The notes under the pieces are model-generated. The model did no database searches and had not been told where the DNA came from. It saw only the letters and a program-made list of their open reading frames with translations. 40,061 nucleotides of DNA from Candidatus Alloscillospira sp. (GTDB taxonomy: Bacteria > Bacillota > Clostridia > Oscillospirales > Oscillospiraceae). Location of the stretch: positions 1 through 40,061 of the forward strand of contig JAZRYQ010000020.1 in NCBI GenBank assembly GCA_045600805.1. Reading direction: 5' to 3'. A program made the translations under genes and the position numbers. Of the stretch, positions 24,541-31,900 are shown piece after piece. Every line of letters starts with the position of its first letter. Positions within the stretch are counted from its first letter, which is position 1.

Positions 24541-24542
24541 TG

Positions 24543-24887
24543 TTACCTTTCTTTTGATTTTTCTTTCTTTACGGGGTACGCTTTCATATAGTCATCAAGC
24601 GTCATCGTCTCTCCTGTATAGTTCCAGTCTTCCTCGGGATCAATATCCAAATAGCCGTCACCGTCAAGGTCAATGGGCTTGTTCGTAATCAGCGTCCCCC
24701 AGTGATTGACCATAATGCTCCTTGCGATTTGACAAGGATCACCGTTTCCGTAATCGTCCTCACGGACTTCATAACGGAAATATCCTTTGGGAACTGTATC
24801 CAGATCCACTCTGAGGTTTGTGAAAAGCATGGGACGGTCAAAGAGTTCCACGATTTCATAGGTTTCTTCCCTTGCGTCAACTCTCAT
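24543..24887 (-). CDS. Small polyvalent-protein-type domain protein (LPD-like, 114 aa)
   Basis: ATGA-coupled to the upstream gene. The pattern LFDRPMLFTNLRVDLDTVPKGYFRYEVREDD...VNHWGTLIT resembles a large-polyvalent-protein-associated domain as I remember it. Not verified. Confidence 0.5.
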   Translation of the reverse strand: MRVDAREETYEIVELFDRPMLFTNLRVDLDTVPKGYFRYEVREDDYGNGDPCQIARSIMVNHWGTLITNKPIDLDGDGYLDIDPEEDWNYTGETMTLDDYMKAYPVKKEKSKER

Positions 24888-25723
24888 CGGGCATCTCCTC
24901 CTTTTGCACGTTCTTTTCGTTCAAAGATAACGTCAGGCAGATCGTAACCGTACACATCTGCTACAAGGTTCCCGATCTTCTCCGTCACCTTATCAATATC
25001 CTCCTGTGTGGCTTCCCCGTTATAGAGCTTCAATTCCAAATCAGAAAGATCATCGTCGGTCGCGTTTTCTTTTACTTTACGGTACACATAACGGTTGGTT
25101 CCGTCGTGATGAGCCTGCGAGCCGCAGAACTCTCCGTCACGGGTAACATACCATTCCGCACTGTCGTATTTGTAATCGAGACAATCCCGCAGATTGGCAT
25201 TCCGGATTTCTTTATATCCCTGATGGTGTCCGTCCCATAAACCGAGATCGGCGATGACAAGGAGAGTGCCGCCGATTGGCTTATTCAGATTGGCTCTTTC
25301 GTCGTCGAGATATCCGGCATTCAGTTCGACCATTTTTTCATATAAGTCAAATTCGTCATACCCGGGATAATCCTCTTCGAGATACTCCCTCCAGTCCTCA
25401 AGGTCCAAATTCATATCCGACCACACAATATGCTTTTCGGGGCATTCCGCATAGGATGCCCCAATTCGCTCCATTGTTTCGGCAAACTCACAGATATGCC
25501 ATCCTCTCCCGTCGGAAGTGGCAAAATGATATTCGTCAAGGTAACGGCACTGGTATGCTTTCATGACTCCGTCGCGGTATTTGATTTGAATAAAACCGTT
25601 GTCCGGGATCTTGAAAAGAAGCGAATAATCAGACTTAATAAATCGGATTTCTTTGGGCTGGTTCAGTGTGACTTCATCATTTACGGTGAGAACACCGCAT
25701 TCGTTTCCGAAAACATAACCCAT
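24884..25723 (-). CDS. Hypothetical protein (279 aa)
   Basis: Coupled ORF with coding-like composition. No motif recognised. Confidence 0.6.
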   Translation of the reverse strand: MGYVFGNECGVLTVNDEVTLNQPKEIRFIKSDYSLLFKIPDNGFIQIKYRDGVMKAYQCRYLDEYHFATSDGRGWHICEFAETMERIGASYAECPEKHIVWSDMNLDLEDWREYLEEDYPGYDEFDLYEKMVELNAGYLDDERANLNKPIGGTLLVIADLGLWDGHHQGYKEIRNANLRDCLDYKYDSAEWYVTRDGEFCGSQAHHDGTNRYVYRKVKENATDDDLSDLELKLYNGEATQEDIDKVTEKIGNLVADVYGYDLPDVIFERKERAKGGDAR

Positions 25724-27150
25724 CAGCGATCCTCCTTATCATTCTGCTTCGGCTCCTTTGCTTCCTTGATCGGCATGACGTGAAGCTCACCGTTCACGCG
25801 GAAGAACATTTCGGGATTCTTGAACTTCTCAGAATACTTGTCGATCATCTCCGTGTCGAGTGAAGCAAAGTCGTCTTCACCGATTCCGGCGATCATAAAT
25901 GTACCGGCGATAATGTCAATCATTTCTCCGTCATCGGAACGAACTGCTCTGTTCAGCGGAAGCCCGTTGATTTTTCCCTCTTCATTGACGATGAATACCA
26001 CGTTGTCTTCTGTTGGATAAAAGGTTTCAATATCACCGTCAACCACACCCTGGAGCGATTTCAAGCCGGAATCAATCTCTTTGACATAGGGCTTCTTTTC
26101 AGGTTCGATAATGAGGACGGTGAGCTTTTCATTTTTGATTTCTTGGGTGCGGCTTGTATCGAAATCAACCTTTTCAAATCCAACGCTGTCACAGTAGTAA
26201 CAGCCGGGTTCAACAGAATCCGACTCCATGACTTCCACAATGTCGGAAACGGAAATTGAACGTCCCTTATAATCGTCGGGACAATCAATATTGAAGGTGC
26301 GGTAAACATCCTCAAGCGAGTTTCCTTCCATTTCACATTCATACACCTTGTCGTAAATCCCGGGGCAAACCTTGTCCGTTCCCTGCAACGTCACAAAACG
26401 CTCCAATCCTTCAAACGCAACACAGTCATTGTCTCTGTCGGGATTTATCTGATAAATTGCAATTTTCATGCCTTTATGCTCCTGTTTTTTATAATTTTTG
26501 GGGTCTGCACCCGGCACACGCCAGCCGAACATGGAGCCGGCTTCCATTGCCTGCCGCTGTTCATAGGTGACACCGATGGCTTTATTCAGTTCCTCCACCG
26601 TAGCACCGTCCGGCAACTGAAAAGGATAGTATCCTCTTTCGGCATATCGGATCATAATGGGTTCTCCCGTACTCGGCAGAGTGGAATAACAGTGCGTCGG
26701 CATCCCCTTTTCCCCTGCGAGGTGTGCCATCAGTCTGGCTGTTTCATAACAGTAAACATAGCACTCGTAGTCGCCGGGAGTCGGCATACAGCGAATATAA
26801 TAGGCGTATTTATTTGTCAGCACACGGAACCCCCAACAGTCCTCCGTATAGGAATGTGTATTCCTGCAATCTTCCCTGTCACGGCAGAACCTTCTCATTT
26901 CGGTTCTGCTTTTGAGAACGCCGGTACGAAGGTCGTCGATAAACATATCGAATACACCTTTGAAATAGGAATCGTTCATTTTACTGTTGGCATGGTCAAA
27001 CCAGGAACAGTAAAACTCTTCTCCGCTTGAACCGAAATCAATGCGGAGGTGTCCGATGGTGCCGAGTGCTTCGTCTTTTTCTTTATCCGAGTAAAACAGA
27101 AGCTCTTCGGCTTCTGTCTCCACGGGTTCAAGTTTGTTTTTCATCGGCAT
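25723..27150 (-). CDS. Multidomain protein: unknown N-terminal domain (paralog of 27409..28110) + YodL-like + DUF3846-like
   Basis: YodL-like: KIAIYQINPDRDNDCVAFEGLERF...IYDKVYECEMEGNSLEDVYRTFNIDCPDDYKGRSISVSDIVEV. DUF3846-like: LTVLIIEPEKKPYVKEIDSGLKSLQGVVDGDIETFYP...VFIVNEEGKINGLPLNR...IAGTFMIAG. Confidence 0.7.
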   Translation of the reverse strand: MPMKNKLEPVETEAEELLFYSDKEKDEALGTIGHLRIDFGSSGEEFYCSWFDHANSKMNDSYFKGVFDMFIDDLRTGVLKSRTEMRRFCRDREDCRNTHSYTEDCWGFRVLTNKYAYYIRCMPTPGDYECYVYCYETARLMAHLAGEKGMPTHCYSTLPSTGEPIMIRYAERGYYPFQLPDGATVEELNKAIGVTYEQRQAMEAGSMFGWRVPGADPKNYKKQEHKGMKIAIYQINPDRDNDCVAFEGLERFVTLQGTDKVCPGIYDKVYECEMEGNSLEDVYRTFNIDCPDDYKGRSISVSDIVEVMESDSVEPGCYYCDSVGFEKVDFDTSRTQEIKNEKLTVLIIEPEKKPYVKEIDSGLKSLQGVVDGDIETFYPTEDNVVFIVNEEGKINGLPLNRAVRSDDGEMIDIIAGTFMIAGIGEDDFASLDTEMIDKYSEKFKNPEMFFRVNGELHVMPIKEAKEPKQNDKEDR

Positions 27151-27395
27151 TATCTTACATCCTTATCCCTGTCGTGGATCTTGTGAAAAGAGTCCTCACC
27201 GGGAACAAGCCCGAGATATCTGCCGTTATCGAAACGGCAGTGGATCGTACCGATGGAGTCAACGTGATCCACAGTTCCTTTTGTACCGGGTTCAATCGGG
27301 TGCGGATCATTATCCATTCGGTCTACCATAACACGGCTGCCTGCCGGATACTGTTTGCGTAAAAGTTCTACTTCTTCTGCATCAATTCCAAACAT
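27150..27395 (-). CDS. DUF4314-like small protein (81 aa)
   Basis: YPAGSRVMVDRMDNDPHPIEPGTKGTVDHVDSIGTIHCRFDNGRYLGLVPGEDSF. Start chosen at the ATG at 27395 (AAAGGA SD, 8-nt spacer, 13 nt after the upstream stop); the ORF-track start is 27458. Confidence 0.65.
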   Translation of the reverse strand: MFGIDAEEVELLRKQYPAGSRVMVDRMDNDPHPIEPGTKGTVDHVDSIGTIHCRFDNGRYLGLVPGEDSFHKIHDRDKDVR

Positions 27396-27408
27396 CTTGT
27401 TTGTCCTT

Positions 27409-28110
27409 TCATCTTTTGTTTTTTGCTTCTTGCGGGGCGTAATATCCGTCTTTGTCATAATTCAGAATATCTGCCATCGGGCTTTCCCAACCGTATATGA
27501 CGCCGCCGATCATCGCCGATGTCTGCTGTTTGCTGACCTTGAGTTCCTTGTTTTGCTCTGCCACATAGGTCTCGTTTTCCTGTTTGTTATTTCCGTATTG
27601 GGGGTATTCCTCAAATCCCGTCTCGCCGAAGCGAATACGGATTCGGGTTCCGTCAAACGGGTTGAGGGCATAGCAAGCTTCGGGAAGTTCCCTTGCCTTT
27701 GCGAGCTCGCGCATCAAAACAGAACGGTCATAGGCATAAATGCAAAACTGCTTTTTCTCGTTCCACGGTGTGCAGGCGATATACCAGATGTGATTTTCCG
27801 TCAGAACACGAAAGCCCCAACATTCACGGTTATACGAATACGGAATGTGGCACTGCAAGTGTTCCCGGCAATACGCTTCCATAGCGGATTTGCTTTTGAG
27901 CAGATAGTGCCCAAGCTCGGAAGATAAAAAACACAGCAGAGTATCATACTCATACTGTGTTTCACTGTCCACATTGAAAAGACCTGTATTGATATCCGGC
28001 GTTTCGTCCCTGAACACACCTCTCACAAATCCGAGATAGCCGAGTTTACTGTTTTCCTGCTCGGTAAAGAGCGTCTGTTCATTCCACAGAGCGATTTTCT
28101 CCAATTTCAT
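27409..28110 (-). CDS. Hypothetical protein, paralog of the N-terminal domain of 25723..27150
   Basis: Shared blocks: ECWGFRVLTENHIWYIACTP vs DCWGFRVLTNKYAYYIRCMP; LPEACYALNPFDGTRIRIRFGETGF vs MPTHCYSTLPSTGEPIMIRYAERGY. Start chosen at the ATG at 28110 (AAGGAGG, 6-nt spacer). Confidence 0.65.
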   Translation of the reverse strand: MKLEKIALWNEQTLFTEQENSKLGYLGFVRGVFRDETPDINTGLFNVDSETQYEYDTLLCFLSSELGHYLLKSKSAMEAYCREHLQCHIPYSYNRECWGFRVLTENHIWYIACTPWNEKKQFCIYAYDRSVLMRELAKARELPEACYALNPFDGTRIRIRFGETGFEEYPQYGNNKQENETYVAEQNKELKVSKQQTSAMIGGVIYGWESPMADILNYDKDGYYAPQEAKNKR

Positions 28111-28351
28111 CGGCATCCTCCTTGTTTTCGTTTTCTCCCGGCTTTGCGTTTTCGTCAATGAGGTAAGCAAGCAGTTTGTTTGACTTTACCGCCTGCATAC
28201 ACTCAAGAACGCTGACAAGGTCAAGGCGGCAACAGCGAGGCAGCTTAACGGCATCGTTTATCGTAAGCGAAGCGATCTGCTTCTCTTCCTTAAAACCGGC
28301 TTCGATCAGATTTTTCAAAATGGCAACGTGCTTGTAGTTTACAGAAGCCAT
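28079..28351 (-). CDS. Hypothetical small protein (90 aa)
   Basis: ORF sharing one nucleotide (28351) with the upstream gene. No motif recognised. Confidence 0.5.
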   Translation of the reverse strand: MASVNYKHVAILKNLIEAGFKEEKQIASLTINDAVKLPRCCRLDLVSVLECMQAVKSNKLLAYLIDENAKPGENENKEDADEIGENRSVE

Positions 28352-28989
28352 CAGCGTTCACCCTCCGTTTTCTTTTTGATTTTCGTTCTGTCGTATTCCT
28401 CCTTGAGCACACCTTTGCAAATATCCGACACTGTTTTCTTTGCATAAGGCGGGAGCAAATTTTCGGGGACGATTCCCATCACATGAGAACGCTCAACACG
28501 CACCCGACTGCGAGAATACAAATTCCATCCGAAGCATGCACTGCCCCGGCTGTTCGCCTCCGATCCAAACCCGCCGTCGATATAGAACAGTTGATTTGAG
28601 ATGTTTCTTCTGCCGTCAGACAAGGACTGCGGCCGGATAGCGACCACCGTCCCCTTGATGGAATCCTCCCATCCGCAAGGAATCATGTCCTTTGCTTCAA
28701 GGCAGGAGACATCCGATAGCGGAATCGCCCGTTTTTCGTTTTCAAGGATAATTGCCTCGGCTTTGATATTATCCGCATAGTGTTTGATCGCCTCGAAATA
28801 ATCGTCGGAAACAATTCCTTCGTATCTGCCGAATAATCCGTTATCCAGCACGATGCAGGAGATATACCTTGGCTTTTCTTTGTTTTTCTCGTTGACACCA
28901 AACACGATTCGTTTTCCGTCAATCCAGGTCGAGGACTCGATTTCATAGTCCTCGATCATTTCTTTTTCTTCGTCTCTGTATCCCATCAT
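28351..28989 (-). CDS. Hypothetical protein (about 212 aa)
   Basis: The ATG at 28989 forms an ATGA overlap with the stop of the 1623-aa gene. No motif recognised. Confidence 0.55.
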   Translation of the reverse strand: MMGYRDEEKEMIEDYEIESSTWIDGKRIVFGVNEKNKEKPRYISCIVLDNGLFGRYEGIVSDDYFEAIKHYADNIKAEAIILENEKRAIPLSDVSCLEAKDMIPCGWEDSIKGTVVAIRPQSLSDGRRNISNQLFYIDGGFGSEANSRGSACFGWNLYSRSRVRVERSHVMGIVPENLLPPYAKKTVSDICKGVLKEEYDRTKIKKKTEGER

Positions 28990-31900
28990 TTCTGCCCCAG
29001 GTACCAATCATCATAGATCGTTCCGTTGATCGCAACGGTGTTGGCGTTTCGTGTCGCGGTAATCATCCCTGCGGGAGTCCAGATCTGTGTTGCGGTTACA
29101 GATACAACATAGTTTCCATCCTTAAACCACACGGGAATGAAATGAACCCGACCGCTGTTTTCCGCACATGAATTCGGGGCAAAGCAATAAGTGCCTCCGA
29201 CAAGCTGCAAAGTGCGGCAAGAGCCGTTTGCCAAAGAGTAATTAAACTCGGGGAATGCGGCTACTACGCTCTGCGCTCCCGTATAGGCATTGCTGTCAGG
29301 CATGGAATAGCCGCCCAGAGTACTAATGCCCGGAGCATACGAAACCGTGATTCCGTACCCGGACTTCATCGTCCATTTGCCCGATTCATAGACAGCCGTT
29401 GAGCAGTTACCCTCCGGTGCTACCGACGGAGAAGCGGTGCTGACTTTTATTCCGTAGTTTTTCAAAACAAAAGCACCGTTTTCATAAACGTACTGATTCC
29501 ACGTGGCACTTCCTGCCGTAACGCTCGGAGCACTCAAACCGCCGTAAGATGCCGGCTTGTCCGCCTCATATCTTGTGTTCGGTGTCTGTGAATCCGCAAC
29601 GGTTACGATCTTTTTGGAAAAGGTGACTGTATTATTCGTGCGGTCTTCTTCATTCAACGTCCCGCCGTAGTTGGTAGTACATTCACAATAGACCGTCTTT
29701 CCGGCAAGAGTTGTCGGAACAGTCCATTTGAAATAGACGAGATTGCTCTTTCCGGTCGGAATCACGAAATCCTCCCAATCCTGACTTGTAACGCTGACCT
29801 CGGCACTGCCGCTGAAATAATATGCTCGGAAATGCACTCTGTTGTGCTTATCCGGGACAATATCTTCCGTCCCGTCGTTGTAAATAATGAAGCTTGAAAT
29901 CACGGTGTTCCCTGCCACATAGTCAGCGTCAACTGTAACCTGTTTTACTGACTGCGCATAGTCGTAATCCTTTACAGTCAGAACGGCGGATTTACTGTTG
30001 TTGGATGAATCCACTTCCCGGCTGCGATCAGCCCAGTTGATTCTTACCGTAACCGTATGATCACCGGTCGCACTGCCAACCGAAAGCGTGAAGGTCAAAG
30101 TAGCTCGTCCGTATGCCGACAGGTTTATTGTCTTGGCGGATACCACGCTCCCGTCGTACAGCAATTCAACAGAAATACCTGAATAAGCATTTTTCATATC
30201 CCAACTATCGACTACGGAAGTAACCGTAACACTGCCGTATTTGGATGACTCGGTTTCGGAAAGCGAGATACTTGTCACAGACAAATCGTAGTTGGTCTTT
30301 TCCCATACGGCATACAAGGTGATTGCTCCGTTTGCCGTATAGCTTGCACCGGGCACATAGGTGGCAGACGTTGCCTTGCTGTCCGCACTCCAACCGAGAA
30401 AATCGTAACCGCTTCTTGTCGGCTTTGCCGATGAGAGCGTCAACGCGATTCCATAAGTCTTTGTTTGACTTGCGGGTACTCCGCTGCCGCCGTTACCGTT
30501 ATATACAACGGAATAGGTTTTGATCCTCCATACTGCGTACAGGGTTGCCCCGGCGTTTGCCGTATAGCTTCCGCCTGCCGTGTAAGTTGCCGACGTTGCG
30601 GTGCTGTTTGTACTCCATCCCAGAAAATCGTATCCTTCCATTGTAGGCTTTACGGAAGAAAGCGTCAATGTTACTCCATAGGTCTTTATCTGACTTGCGG
30701 GTGCTCCGGTGCCGCCATTCGCATTAAAACTGACTGTATAGGTATCCGGCGTATAAGACCAGACCGCATATAAGGTTGCTCCGGCATTTACCGTATAACT
30801 TCCTCCTGCCGAATAGGTGGCAGTTGTTGCCGTACTGCTTGTACTCCATCCGAGAAATGTGTACTGGCTTCTCGTCGGTTTTACAGACGAAAGTGTAAGC
30901 GTTACGCCGTAGGTCTTTGTCTGACTTGCAGGTGCTCCGGTGCCGCCATTGGCGTGATACGAAACCGTATAGGTGTCCGGCGTATAAGACCAAACGGCAT
31001 ATAAAGTGATACTTGCATTGGCGGTGTATGAGCCGCCCGCCGAATACGCGGCACTCGTTGCCGTACTGTTTGTTGCCCAACCAAGAAACGTATACTGGCT
31101 TCTTGTCGGTATCGTTGCAGGCAAGATGAGCGTTACATCATCGGTTTTCGTCTGATCTGACGGTGCTCCGCTGCCTCCGTTGGCATGAAATGATACTGTG
31201 TAAGTTGCAGGTGTATAACTCCATACCGCGTATAAGGTTGCAGACGCATTGACCGTATAGCTTCCCCCTGCGGAGTAAGTGGCGCTTGTCGCCGTACTGC
31301 ATGCAGACCAACCGAGAAAGGTATAATTCTTTCTTGTAGGTTTAGTAGACGAGAGCGTCAGTGCTTCACCATAAATCTTTGTCTGACTTGACGGCGCACC
31401 GGAGCCGCCGTTTGCACTATACGAAATTGTATAGGTCGTCGGGGTATAAGTCCATACCGCATATAAGGTCACAGAGGTATTTAATGTGAATATCCCTCCT
31501 GCGAGATACTCGGCACCGGTTGCCGTATTGCTTTTAGCCCATCCAAGAAACGTATAATTCGTTCTCGTCGGTTGCGTGGAGGATAACGTCAGCGTGACGT
31601 CCTCCGTTTTGGTTTGACTTGCAGGCGCGCCTGAACCGCCGTTTGCGTTATAGGAAATCGTATAGGTGTTCGGAGGGATTGCCTCCCATATTGCATATAA
31701 CGTAAGTGCACCGTTACCGGTATAACTACTGCCCGGCTGATAGGATGCCGTCGTTGCCTTGCTTGATGTTCCCCATCCCATAAAAGTATAGCCGTTTCTG
31801 GTAGGTACAACAGAGGAAAGAGTTAAAGCCACACCATAGGTTTTGGTTTGACTTGACGGTGCCCCCGAACCGCCGTTCGCATTAAAAGAAACCGTATAAG

